Assembly: GCA_951406725.2 (NCBI GenBank)
Contig: OX597817.1
Coordinates: forward strand, 96,534,001 to 96,598,000
Origin: Octopus vulgaris
Lineage: Eukaryota
Direction: 5' to 3'
DNA: 64,000 bases
Shown here: in pieces, positions 11,704-24,479 of the stretch
How positions within the stretch are numbered: position 1 is the stretch's first letter
How the letters are laid out: each line of letters begins with the position of its first letter
Position numbers and translations under genes: made by a program
The notes under the pieces: generated by a model
The model's input: the letters and a program-made list of their open reading frames with translations, nothing else
Database searches by the model: none
Told to the model about the DNA's origin: nothing

Positions 11704-14700
11704 AGCTGCTGAGCAAGAATCTTTTTTGTGCATGGCACAAAAGATTGTACAGCAGCTAACCTGGCTTCATCAAACCCAAGCTCGCAGGTGGGACTACCCA
11801 GAATACACAAGACCACCACAGCAAACAGACCCAAGATGGACACCGCCGGGAACAACATACACCTCACCTCGATGCTCCTACTGAACATCAGAGGACTGCA
11901 AACACTCAGTAACAGGACAAAAATCCCGTTCTTGAGAGACTTTGTTGCATGCAATCAAGCCTTATGCATAGCACTTACGGAAACGCACCTGAAACCGGAC
12001 ATAGCAGATGCGGAATTACACATACCACAGTATGTTGTACTACGGACCGACAGAAAAGAAAGGAGTCATGGAGGAGTTGCTATGTACATCCGTGAGGACC
12101 TCACACCCCAGGTCCTTTTGTCATACTCAAACTCGGTGTGTGACACACTAATTGTACATATAAGGCAACTTGATGTAGTTGTGTGTGCTACATATCACCC
12201 TCCAGATGCCCCAAGCCATGTGGGCAAGTTTGAAGACTGCCTTATAAAAATAGAAGAAGTTCTAAGCACATTAGAACAACACATAAGTGTACTTCTTATG
12301 GGAGACTTCAATCTACCCAATGTCAGATGGCCCGAGGGCCTTTCTCTCCCAGGAATGACAAGATGTGAACGAGGACAGGCGAGGTCCCTCCTGAACCTCA
12401 TCAACACCCTGTACATGGAGCAAGTAATACTCCAACCAACCAGGGCAGGTAACACACTGGATCTCTGCTTCACAAATTATATGGATCTCATCCATAATGT
12501 GAAAGTGACACCGACACTACTCTCGGATCACAACATGGTAGAGCTGACCATGTACGGGCTAAAAGAGAGCACGGACATGCAGCCTACAAGAAACCCTCAG
12601 AATCTTTCCAGCTTGAACTACCATAAGGCAAACTGGAAACAAATTGAGAAAGAGATCCTCAAACAAAACTGGCCTGAATGTCTCTCCTCGCCAGACATCG
12701 ACGTGAAACTTCAACAATTCATGTCTGTAATGCAAGCCATATGCTACAAATGTGTCCCAGAGAGAAAGGCCACTGTACACAAGAACAAAATCCCCAGAGA
12801 GAGGAAAATTTTAATGAGACGGCGTACAAAAATTTCAAATCGCCTAAACAAACAAATTGAAAGCAGTGAAAAGTCCCGCCTCAAAATAAAACTGTTGGAA
12901 ATTGAAAAATGTCTGCAACTCTCCCATGAAAAGGAAAGAGCAGACAAAGAAGCCTGGGCTATAGACAACATAAAATCTAACCCCAGAGCTTTCTACAGGT
13001 ATGCCAAAGAAACAGCTACGGTGCACTGTTGGATAGGGCCACTCCTTGAAAAGGATGGCACACTCACAGGAATACCAATGAGGGTAAGTGAAATACTGAA
13101 TGAGGCAATTCAAGAGTGTTTTCACTCCACCCCTTGGGCATTTCCAAATCACCAATCCAACTGACTTCTTTACCACTGCAGATATAAAATCAGAGGCGGC
13201 GACGATAAATTACATCGATATAAAGGAAGACGATGTAATAAAGGCTATAGATGAAATGAAAACAGACTCAGCTACTGGCCCCGATGGATTCCCGGCAATC
13301 CTCCTAAAAGTATGTAAGAGAGTCCTAGCAAGACCACTGCAGTTCCTCTTTCAGAGCTTCCTTGCAGCTGGCAAACTTCCAAGAAAACTGAAGGAAGGTA
13401 AAATATGCCCTGAAGGAAGGTAAAATATGCCCTATTCATAAAGGAGGTAGCAGAGCGGAGGCCAAGAACTACAGACCTATCTCTCTGACCTCACACATCA
13501 GCAAGGTTATGGAACGAATAGTCAGAAGGAAACTGATCACCTTCCTTGAAGAAAATGACTTGCTGCCCGACACCCAACATAGTTTCCGACCAGGGAGAAG
13601 CTGTTTAACTCAGCTCCTACAACACTATGACTGGGTGCTGAAACGACTGCTCAACCACTCAAATGTGGAAGTGATATATCTCGACTTTGCAAAGGCCTTT
13701 GATAAAGTCGATCATGGAATGATATGTCACAAACTGCGTGATCTCAACATAGTTGGAAAACTGGGAGAATGGCTTCATGACTTTCTGGTGGTAGTAGCCA
13801 ATGGGGCCACTTCCATTAACACGCAAATAGTGAGCGGTGTTCCGCAGGGCACTGTTTTGGGACCACTACTGTTCATAATGGCCCTCTCAGACATGCCCTC
13901 AGCCCCGCAGAGAGCCACGATCACAAGTTATGCAGATGATACAAAAGTTTCACAGGCAATACAGAACCCTGAGGACACTAAACGCCTGCAATGTGAGCTG
14001 GACAAAATATACAAGTGGGCTGAAAAGAATAGCATGCAGTTCAATGCCTGAAAGTTTCAAGCTTTATACTATCAGCATGCAAAACTAAATGCAATACCCA
14101 ATGAATACACTGGACCCGGAGGAATTGCAATCCCAGAGGCACAATCAGTGCGTGACCTGGGTATTTACATGAGTGATGACGCAACCTTTTGTGTACATGT
14201 TGCTAAATTGGCAATGAAATGTAGATGACTGGCCGGATTAATTCTCAGAACCTTTAGAACAAGAAACCATGATGGTCCTCTGGAGGACACTTGTCCTAAG
14301 CCACTTTGACTATTGCTCTCAGTTATGGTCACCATCCAGTGTCAAGTTGATCACAGAACTTGAGGCGATCCAACGTAGCTACACGAAGAAGATAGCCTCT
14401 ATGCAGAATATAAGCTACTGGGAAAGACTCAAGGGATTAAAACTATATTCCTTGGAGCGTAGGCGGGAAAGATATGCCATAATATATATCTGGAAGATCC
14501 TGGAGGGACTTGTCCCAAACTTTGGCATCGAGAGTTACACAAATGCCAGAACTGTGCGCCACTGCGTGGTGCCTAGGACTCCAAATTTGCCATCAAGATG
14601 TAGGACAAGATACTGTGATAGCCTGGGCTTCCGAGGCCCACAGCTCTTCAATATCCTCCCGAAGAACCTAAGAGACCTGCATGGGGTGGATGCAGATGTC

Positions 14701-14916
14701 TTTAAAATGAAACTGGATCTCTTCCTGTCAGGTATCCCAGATGAACCAACTTCACGGCAGGAGGTGCAGATGAGGGCAGCTGCATCGAACTCTCTCATGC
14801 ACCAAATAGCAGTTGCTAAAAAGCTTTCGTGAAGTAAAACCATGTAGCAACACCAAATGGCGGTGCCCCAGCATGGCCACAGCTCATGAGCTGAAACTAG
14901 AATCAATCAATCAATC
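11700..14916 (+). mobile_element. CR1-group LINE copy 1 (end of ORF1 plus ORF2, frameshifted)
   Basis: APE (LLNIRG, LTETHL, GGVAMY, GDFNLP, LDLCF, SDHN); RT (YLDFAKAFDKVDH, SGVPQGTVLGPLLF, YADDTK); (AATC)n tail; 22-bp tandem duplication at 13388-13431 breaks the frame. Confidence 0.95.
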
Positions 14917-14929
14917 ATATATATAATGT

Positions 14930-16020
14930 GTATAAATCAATAAATGGTGGGGTTGTGTTGACCGAACATGGAGAAGTGATAGGCGAGGAAATATTATAAA
15001 AAGGCAGAATGCCAAATTGAAGGTAAATTTTAATAAAAATGGGTTTATAGAAAATTTAAAACAATATTAACTCGAACCGGTTTCATTGCAAAGCAAATTT
15101 TCAAGAATTGAAAGGTGAAAAGAATTTTTTTTTTAATTGTGGAAGGGCAAAAAAGAACTTTACAATGTTTTTTTCAAAAAAATAATAATAAACATATACA
15201 AGAATTAAAAAATAAGTATACCGATACATTGTAGAGTCTGTATATTTTTTGAGTTCAATGATAGTCCTTGGAAAAATTTCCTTGGAGGATTAAGATCCAT
15301 GTGATTAAACGTGGTGCTTAGTTTAGGGTGTTTGTTAAATGAACATCAAAACAGGAAATGGGGTAAGAGTTATCCAGTTCCTCTGTGGATTTTATGCTCT
15401 TCAATTGGGATTATCAATTTTTTTGTCAGATAGGATGTTAGAAAAAAGGAATATGGTCATCGTGGAGTTTGCATATTAAGATGCGTTTGGAATTTTTCAA
15501 TAAAAAGATTCTTCTTGTTGATTCTTTCTTGTGTAGTGATTCCGTCTTTACATTGGTAGAAGGGGAATATGTGAAATTAAGGATTTTTGTCTTTAGTGCA
15601 TGAGTCTATGTGGTTACTTAGTGGAATTTGACGGTATTCTGGGAGATTTATCTGTTCTTTATGCATCGCTACTCTTTTACGTAAAGGAAGGCTCGTTTGT
15701 CCATCATAATTGTGTTGGCAACTGGCGCATGTGAGAATGTAGATGAGGTTCTCATAGGAACAGGAGAAGTTGGTCTTGATTTTAAACTTTGTTCCTTGTT
15801 TGAAAGTAAATTCAGAGCCTTCAAGCAGGAAGGGGCAGGTACCACAATTCGGCCGTGCACAATTTTTAACTGATGGGGGTGGATGTGGTGTGTGAAGTTT
15901 GGCATTTGTCAAGAGTTTTTTCAAAGATTTATGTTGCCTTTTACATTTGAGGATTTTATGTGTATTGATAATATTATTCCTTGTAAGGGAAACGTTGCGT
16001 TGCATTTGTTAAATAATTGT
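14930..16020 (-). mobile_element. Penelope-like element 3' part with GIY-YIG endonuclease
   Basis: ORF 15577-16005: CARPNCGTC linker, NLIYILTCASCQHNYDGQT, R-x3-H. Confidence 0.8.
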
Positions 16021-16049
16021 AAACTGTAACCCTCCCCCTTTGGGAGAAG

Positions 16050-16700
16050 GAGCTTTGGTTATTGTTTAAAAATTAAATTGTGTCCCTGTTTGAGGAAATT
16101 GACAATATTTTCACTGTTTACACGGAAGCATTTTTGTTAGAATGCCTTTGATAGAAGAAAGTCTAAAAAGGAATTTCGCTGCAGCCGTCGGTGGGCGTGA
16201 ACTCATTAAAATTAAAATAGAAGAAATACAAACCTATTTTGGATTGATCACCGACAAAGATGGTGAATCTAGGATAACACCACAAAACGAAATAAAAAAT
16301 TAAATTAAAGAAAAGACAATTGTCTATAAAGTATACAATGTAGAGAAAAAAAAAGATTTGAACACCTGGAGGAAAGCACCATCGAAAAGTGTCTTGGTGC
16401 AACTATGAAAGATATCTAACCAGAGGTGGTAAATTCGCCACAACAAAAGCAAGGTTCGAGTCAACGGAGCGTGCAAGGGAGTACTCGACTCGAACCTTGT
16501 AAAGTGAAAATATTTTATTTTTACCTTTATATCTGGGACATAGGACGTCCTGGATAAAAATTTTAAATGTCCACCCGGAAGTAGAGGTAGGCTGGATTGT
16601 AGCCACACTTCTATACAAGAGAGAGGACAAGATACAATTGATCGAAATTGCAAGAGACGGGCCTACAATTCCAGTCTGTTATATATTTTGAGTATTGTTA
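16050..16700 (+). mobile_element. Possible Chapaev/CMC-like transposase relic
   Basis: Faint resemblance in broken frames (DNIF..., YFGLITDKD, terminal basic stretch); heavily decayed. Confidence 0.3.
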
Positions 16701-16808
16701 TCACTAGCAATATCAAGATATTACTTTGTATTTTGTATTTTATGTGTAGATGTATATATATAGATGTACATGTAATATGTACACGTATATATACACATAT
16801 ATACATGC

Positions 16809-16848
16809 ACTAGGACTATGACCCGGCAATGACGGGTCACAATGCTAG
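16809..16848 (+). mobile_element. Helitron-type 3' terminus
   Basis: Hairpin TGACCCG-gcaatga-CGGGTCA followed 5 nt later by CTAG then T. Confidence 0.5.
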
Positions 16849-16982
16849 TATATATATATGCATATATATATTTATATATATATATATATGTCTATATACA
16901 TTATATATGTATATATATATATATATATATATACATATATTATATATATACATATATTATATATATATACATATATTATATA

Positions 16983-19900
16983 TCTCTCCCGCCTTTGCTC
17001 TAGGGAGAAGAGTTTTAATACTTTCAGTCTTTCCCAGTAGCTGATATGTTGCATTGAGACGATCTCCTTAGTGTAGCTTCTTTGAATTGCTTCGAGTTCT
17101 GCTGTTAGCTTTATATTGTGTGGTGACCATAGTTGGGAGCAGTAGTCCAAGCAGCTGAGGACAAAAGTTTTCCACAGGACCATCAGTGTCTCCTTCTCTC
17201 TTGTTCTGAAAGTTCGGAGAATCCATCCACCTAACCGTCTGTATTTTATCACCAAATTAGTAATATGCACTTGGAAAGATGCATCATTGCTCATGTCAAT
17301 GCCCAGGTCACGCACTGATTTTGACTCGGGGATTACAATACTTCCCAGGCCAGTGTATCCAGTCTACATGTCGTTTACCTTTGTGTGCCGGTAGCGCAGG
17401 GCCTGGAACTTACCTGCATTAAACTGCATGTTGTTGTCCTCAGCCCACCTGTATATTGTATCCAACTCTTGTTGCAGATGTGCAATATTTTCAGGGTTTT
17501 CTATTGTATGGGAGACTTTTGTGTCATCTGCATAGCTAGCAAGAGTGGTCATCTTAGCAACTGGGGGCATGTCTGAAAGGGCCTCTATGAACAGCAGTGG
17601 CCCCAAGACAGTGCCCTGTGGAACACCGCTTGTTATTTGTGTTTCCTTGGAGGTGGCTCCATTGGCCACAACTGCCTGCCTTCTATCTTTTAGGAAGTTG
17701 TGCAGCCACTCTCCAAGTTTTCCGCCTATGCCGAGACCACACAGTTTGTGACAAATCATACCATGATCGACTTTATCAAAGGCTTTTGCAAAGTCGAGAT
17801 ATATCACATCCACATTTGAGCCATTTAGTAGCTGTTTTAACACCCAGTCATAGTGTTGCAGGAGCTGTGTTAGGCAGCTCCTACCTGGTCGAAATCTATG
17901 CTGGGTGACAGTCAGCAAGTCATTTTCTTCAAGGAACATGATTAGTTTCTTGCGGGCTATTCGTTCCATAACTTTGCTGATGTGTGAGGTCAGAGAGATA
18001 GGCCTATAATTTTTAACATCTGCTCTGCTTCCTCCCTTATGGACAGGGCATATTACCCCCTCTTTCAATTTGACTGGGAGCTTAACACTTGCAAGAAAGT
18101 TCTGAAAAAGAAGCTGTAGCGGTTTTGCAAGGGCTCGTTTGCATGATTTGAGAAGGATCGCTGGAAATCCATCAGCTCCAGAGGCTGAGTTTGTGTCAAT
18201 CTCATCTATGGCCAGTGTGATATCATCATCTTCAATGTTGATGTACTCAATTTTTGCCTCTTTGGCCACAGGTAAAGTGGCAAAGAATTCTTCTGGGTTG
18301 TTTACTTGCCTGTGTCCTAGAGGTGTAGTGAACACACTTTGGAACTGATTGTTCAGTATTTCACTTATCCTCATGGGATTTCCTGTGAGAGAGCCATCTT
18401 TTTGGAAGAGAGGTCCTATTCTCTGGTGCATTGTGGCTGTCTCTTTGGCAAACTTAAAGAAAGCTTTAGGGTTTGACTTTATATTTTCTCTTACCCAAGC
18501 TTCTTTATCTGCTCTCTCCTTTTCATGAGACTGATGCAGACTTTTCGCAATTTCCATTAGCATTCTCTTGAGCCGAGACTTCTCACCACTTTTGGTGTGC
18601 TTGCTCAGGCGGTTCGCAATCCTTGTCCGTCGTCTCATAAGAATCTTCCTTTCTATAGGGATCCTGCTTTTGTTTTTGTGTGTGCTGGCCCTGCACACTG
18701 GGACATATTTGTCACATATGGCTTGTATTATAGACATGAAGCGTTTGTGTTTCATGTCAATGTCTGGTGTGGAGAGACATTTAGGCCAATCCTGTTTGAG
18801 GATCTCTTTCTCAATCAACTTCCAATTTGCTTTATGAAAGTTTAATTTGGAGAGATTGTGGATGCTTCGTATAGGCTGTGTGTCTGTGGAGGCTTTTGGT
18901 CCATACATAGACAGCTCTATTATGTTGTGATCCGAGATCATTGTCGGCATCACTTTAACATTATGGATAATATCCATATTGTTTGTGAAGCAGAGATCCA
19001 GTATATTATTTGCCCTGGTTGGTTGCAGCACTATTTGCTCCATGAAAGAGGCATTTGTGAGATGGGGCAGGGACTCTGCCTGTGTCTGCTGATGGTGTGT
19101 CATCCCTGGGAGCATTCTGCCCCCCAGGCCATTCCATATTGGGGAAGTTAAAGTCACCCATGAAGAATACACTGTTGTGTTGTTCCAGGTTGGTGAGAAC
19201 TTCTCCTATTTTTGTTAGGCAGTCTTCAAACATGCCTGTGTGATTTGGGGCATCCAGTGGGCGATATGTAGTACATATGACGATATTCAGTTGTCTTATG
19301 TGTACAATTTGAGTGTCACACACTGAGTTTGAATATGACAACAGGACCTGGGGCGTTAGGTCATCTCGGATGTACATTGCAACTCCACCATGGCTCTTCC
19401 CTTTTCTATCTGAGCGTACGACAACATATTGCGGTATGTGTATTTCTGCATCCCCTATATCAGGTCCAAGATGCGTTTCTATGAGTGCCATGCATATAGC
19501 TTGATTGCATACTGCAAGGTCTCTCAGGAATGAGATTTTCCTTTTGCAGTTTCCTCGCAGCAGCCCTCCTACATTTAGTAGAAATATTTTTGTGGTGTGT
19601 GTGTTGGTGTCTGTGGTGGCCATCCTACATCTGTTGGTGGTGGCCTTATGTGATGGTAGTTCTAGCTTTGTAGCCAGGTCAGCTGCTGGACAATTTTTTG
19701 TGCCATGCACAAAAAAGATTGCTGTTTAGCTGCTGCCCTTCTCACATCTGGGTGAAGCTGGCCATTTGTTGGGCTATGCAGTATCTTTTTTGGACCGCAT
19801 ATCGTCTTTCAGGAGTAGTCAGTGCGCCATTTTACCTTCTTTGATATTTTTTTCTTTTTCTTTTTGTTCTCCCCATGAGAGGGATTTTTGTCTTGTGTCC

Positions 19901-21230
19901 ATGCGGTTTTGGCAGGGCTTCTGATGTGCAAAATGACAGTTTGCACCATCGACGCCATGCCAGCAGTCTCCCTTCAGGTAGAATTTGCAGATGCTTCTGC
20001 TTTTGCCCTTGTAGCTTTTGCTGGGGTTCTTCTGTTTTTTCTGAACAGTGTTTGTTTTAGTTTTCTTGTCTTTTACCTCTTTTTTTCCGTCGACTTTAGG
20101 GTGCTTTCCTTTTTTTGTGGCCATCGCACCTCTTTGGTCTTCAGTTGTGTTGGGAGCTGGACATGTGCCATTGTTTCTCTTGGTTGCAGGTATCTCAGTT
20201 GTGTCTTTTGTTGGGTCCTGGATGCTTTCTCCATCCTTTTGGTCTTCCCTGGTGCAGTCACCTCTTAGGATGATGTCCAGTGTGTCCATGTGTTACCTGA
20301 TTAGAGTGTATGAACGGAGGATTTTTGCGTATCTTTCGCTCTTTCTGGGTGGTGGTCATGGAGAAATCATTGCTCTTAAGCGCTACTGCAATGATATTGT
20401 TTGGGGAGTCACCCTCGGCAATCTTCCAGGTGCAGACAAACAATTGCAGCTCCCTTGCAGACCAGTTCCTTGACATCTTCACTTGGGATACAGTGAGAGT
20501 GAAATAAAGGAACAGAGAGAGGAGGAAAAATAAGGTGGTTGACCTGAGAGAGAGAGGAGAGAAGAGAAGGAAGAGAGAGAAAGGATGGCAGATCAGCAGG
20601 GGGAGAGAGCGGGATAGAGGTGTGGTAGATAGAAAGAAGTAAAGGGACAGAGAGGGTGGTGTGGAGAATGAAGGGGACAAAGAGAGGAAAAGAGAGACAA
20701 GGGGGTTGACCTGAGAAGGAGCGGAGAGAAGAAAAGGAGAGAGAGAGAGGGTGGGATAGAGATACAAGAGAGAGGGCGTGAGGGAGAAAAAAGAGAGAGT
20801 GGGAGAGGAGCGGGCGGGACAGAGAGGGGGCTGAGATGCGAGAGAGTTGATCTGAGAGAAAGCGGTGGTGGGGAGATGCAGAAAGAGAAAGCGAGTGGTG
20901 TTCAGCAGATGGTGGCAGACAGAGGGAGAGAGAGAGAGCAGAATAGAGGGTCTGAGAGACAGATAATGAGAGAAATAGGAGAGCAGGATAGGGGGTCTGA
21001 GGGAGGGAGAGACAGATAAGGAGGGGAGAATGGTAAGACAGAGATAGAAAGAGTAAGACAGATCAGTGGGGTTGGAGAGAGTAGAAGTGAGCAGAGGGGA
21101 AGGGAGAGTAAATGTGAGACAGAGAGCTATATAGTGGACTATATAGAATATGGCTGTGAAGATATGTAGCATAAACTACACAGAAAAGACAGATAGTCAG
21201 GATTGAGAGAAGAAAACACTGTATCACGGA
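16983..21230 (-). mobile_element. CR1-group LINE copy 2, with ORF1 and pyrimidine-rich upstream region; 3' end missing
   Basis: ORF1 CCCH finger ICKFYLKGDCWHGVDGANCHFAH (19819-20289); APE 19006-19710; RT 17364-19172; cut off at LEQRRERY by (TA)n; 5' boundary uncertain. Confidence 0.92.
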
Positions 21231-21705
21231 CGAATTTATATACAAACACGTGCATTTAAAAGTAGTATAAAACATATACTCGCGATTATATCTATGGATA
21301 TATTGGTGTTGCAGAATATGCAATAGATTATTAATAATAAATAATTTTTTTTATTTTCTTACCTTTTGGTTGAGAGAACACTTACCTTCACTTTGTTTTA
21401 GAAGAAAGAAAGATATAAAAAGATAGACCTTCGATGTTCCCGTTTTAAGTAGCTTGCGATTTTGTAAACAAAAAGAGTCCTGATGTTCGAAGATGCAATA
21501 TTGGTTTGTTTTTATGTTTTGATTAGCTTGCAAATTTAATATTTCAGCAATTTGATATGATTTGATATCCGGACGTAGCTTTTAATAGGGAAAAGTTAGT
21601 TAGCAGGTTAACAGAATAGCAAATTTTTCTTTCTTTGTATATCCTTTTACACCACGCGGCTTCAGCACATGTGTTCAGTTCCCTGGTATCTTCGCAGCAA
21701 AAATA

Positions 21706-21788
<83 letters not shown>

Positions 21789-21789
<1 letters not shown>

Positions 21790-22264
21790 TAAGGGCTAAA
21801 GAAGGTTATTCTAAAGCCAATACACTGATTTATCCACTTATAATCCACTTGTTACAGGAAAATTGAACTGAAAGCGGGCAACTAACCTTTAGAAAATTTA
21901 AATTTCGTTATCTCTATATTGAATCAATTTGGGAATTAATCCCTATAAAGGATACATTCTTCTTCAGTAGAGCTTACGAAGGAATATAAATAAAATACTC
22001 ACATGTGATCATGGAAAAAGCAGAAGCTAAAAACACAACTACATTTAAGTACATCATTTATATGTAAAAATAAAAATTCCTTGGTCAGTCTCAGAACAAT
22101 GTGTTGACCTATCGCCGCTACATATTGTAATGGTTACCTGTCCCCTTGTAACTTAATTTTCTAAAGGTTAGTTGCCCACTTTCAGTTCAATTTTCCTGTA
22201 ACAAGTGGATTATAAGTGGATAAATCAGTGTATTGGCTTTAGAATAACCTTCTTTAGCCCTTAA
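21789..22264. repeat. ~110-bp near-perfect inverted repeat (21789-21898 / 22155-22264)
   Basis: Direct reverse-complement match; lies between (TA)n tracts; minus-strand CTGAAGA in the spacer. Confidence 0.88.
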
Positions 22265-22368
22265 TTATAAGATGTTTATATTTCAACCGTAAAGGTTTTT
22301 TAATATACTGCCACACTTTTTGATGGAATCCTTTTCTGTAGAGAAAGGGACTTCATCCTATATTGTTA

Positions 22369-22409
<41 letters not shown>

Positions 22410-22413
<4 letters not shown>

Positions 22414-23280
22414 TAAAAAATGGAGTTAACGCAGGTGTAATCAAATATTTTTACTTTCAACACATGTTTCGAAAATTCCACTGATACTATTCAAAAGAAT
22501 AAATGGTATAAACAATGCAATCTTCTCCTCAGGAAAGTGAAAAAAACGAAACTCGTCAATAAGACATTTTTGCAAAAAATGATGGATTTGTATAGCGATT
22601 GACAGAACGCTATTAATATTGTTTAAAAAACGTTATATGATATAACGTCATAAGTAGCTAACAGAAACAGTAGGGATATTAATAGTGAATGTTAAATATA
22701 AAGGAAATTAAAGTTTAAATTATATATAATGATAGAGACTACTTATATGCACTAAATGTATGTTTTTGCCAATACTTACATCTGTATGCTTGCTCTATAA
22801 CCGTGTTTACTAGAGTATTTTTAGAAAAAATAATGAAAAATAGCTCAGAATTGCAGAGAAGACAGAATTTCTTGCCTTTGTCATATGGTATCGAAATTGA
22901 GAGAATCAACCATTCTAAATGAAATTGTTCATTGTGGTCCTTTAAATCCCAAATCAGTTTGCTGAGACCGGTACTATTCCGTTTATTTCTATCCCTAAAT
23001 GTTGAGTAATGGATAGAAATTCTTTTAGATAACTCTAACGATGTGCTTCCAATGTAAAATCGTACTTTATTATGAGTACTGATTATACACTGGTATATAG
23101 AATTTTTAACCTTAGAGTTACTTGACATAAACTTAATTCTATTGGGATTGACTTCAGATACAATAACCTTATTAATATTTCTAGAGGGTTAGATGGTATA
23201 AGATAAATTAATGTTAGTTTTAGTAAATGTATTAATATTTAACAGTTTGTTATTATGAGAAGAGATCATTTGCAACTTTC
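22410..23280 (-). mobile_element. Penelope-like 3' fragment (GIY-YIG plus pseudo-LTR)
   Basis: ORF 22739-23128: NSIYQC..FYIGST..KRISIH, YDKGKKFCLLC. Confidence 0.85.
22453..22538 (-). ncRNA. Type I hammerhead ribozyme-like motif
   Basis: Minus strand: actttc-CTGAGGA-gaagatt..aattttc-GAAAC-atgt-GTT-gaaagt; perfect 6-bp helix I, minimal helix III. Confidence 0.75.
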
Positions 23281-23391
23281 CACCTTTATAAACAAGGAGT
23301 TACAACACCTTTACTTGTGAGATTTTTGCTGCCCTGGTAACTATCTATTTATTTTTTCCGTGTTAATTGTTAACAAGGTAAAAATACACTC

Positions 23392-23426
<35 letters not shown>

Positions 23427-23427
23427 A

Positions 23428-24216
23428 GGAATTTTTCCTTTTGAACGGCAGTTTCCAACAACACAATTGCTAGTTAACTAAACACTTTTAAACTTCGTAT
23501 ACTGGTAGAATGTGTTTATAAAACATCATTTTTTTCTTGGCTTTATTGAGAAAATTCTATATGTTGTAACATATTTCCACTTTAAAATCGAGCATTTTGG
23601 CAATTTTAACCAACCAAATGTTTGGGGTGAAAACATACCGTGCTGTATGAATATGCCCCTCGTTTAAGAAACAGATTGGGTTTATTTACATTTGCGAAGA
23701 AAAAAGATACCCTTCCCCCACCCCTCACTCTAACTAAACCTAACCCTAAAATAGATTGAATTGCAATAGATCGATATTAGGGTTATAATTATGGGTGACA
23801 ATTTCATTTGACACCGCTAGAAAAAAATCCCATTTTCCGTAGCGGTGTCGTATGAAATTGTCACCCATAATTATAACCCTAGTATCGATCTATTGTATTT
23901 CAATCTATTTTAGGGTTAGGGGTGGGGGAAGGGTATCTTTTTCTTTGCAAATGTAAATAAACCCAATCTGTTTCTTAAACGAGGGGCATATTCATACAGC
24001 ACAGTATGTTTTCACTCCAAATGGACATATTTGATTGGTTAAAATTGCCGAAATGCTCAATTTTAAAGTGGAAATATGTTACAAACTATAGAATTTTCTC
24101 AATAAAGCCAAGAAAAAATGATGTTTTATAAACACATTTTACCAGTATACGAAGTTTAAAAGTATTTAGTTAACTAGAAATTGTGTTGACATATGCCGTT
24201 CAAAAGGAAAAGATCC
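23428..24216. mobile_element. Fold-back MITE, ~790 bp, palindromic over nearly its whole length
   Basis: Arms begin TTTCCTTTTGAACGGCA / TGCCGTTCAAAAGGAAA and pair inward to ~23830; sits in (TA)n. Confidence 0.9.
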
Positions 24217-24347
24217 ATATATTATATATATATATATAATATATATATTGGTAAAAACAGTAAGATAACAAAAGAAAGAAAAAGACCTCAATATTATGTA
24301 AATAGAGGAAAGTTATCTGTAAATTAATATGTTACCATTATTCAATA

Positions 24348-24417
24348 GCCAAGATAAAACTCTGAGTTTCGGATGCTGAAGTGGAAATCCACAACACCAT
24401 CTCTTCGGTTATATGGC
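24348..24417 (-). ncRNA. Variant hammerhead-like motif (CCGAAGA core)
   Basis: Minus strand: ataa-CCGAAGA-gatg..catc-c-GAAAC-tcaga-GTT-ttat; inverted relative to the adjacent Penelope ORF. Confidence 0.5.
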
Positions 24418-24479
24418 CATCTGAAAAACGCTATGAAAAAATACAGTTATTCAAAGGGAAATTACTGTGTTATAATTCT

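Noticed and set aside
15070-15112. Hammerhead in the 14930-16020 Penelope tail
   Set aside because: GAAAC and a hairpin are present on the minus strand, but the core reads CTTGAAAA, too degenerate to call.
20258-21172. 304-aa Leu/Ser-rich ORF
   Set aside because: Mostly translation of a CT-rich low-complexity tract; only the end (from MSRNW) plausibly belongs to LINE ORF1.
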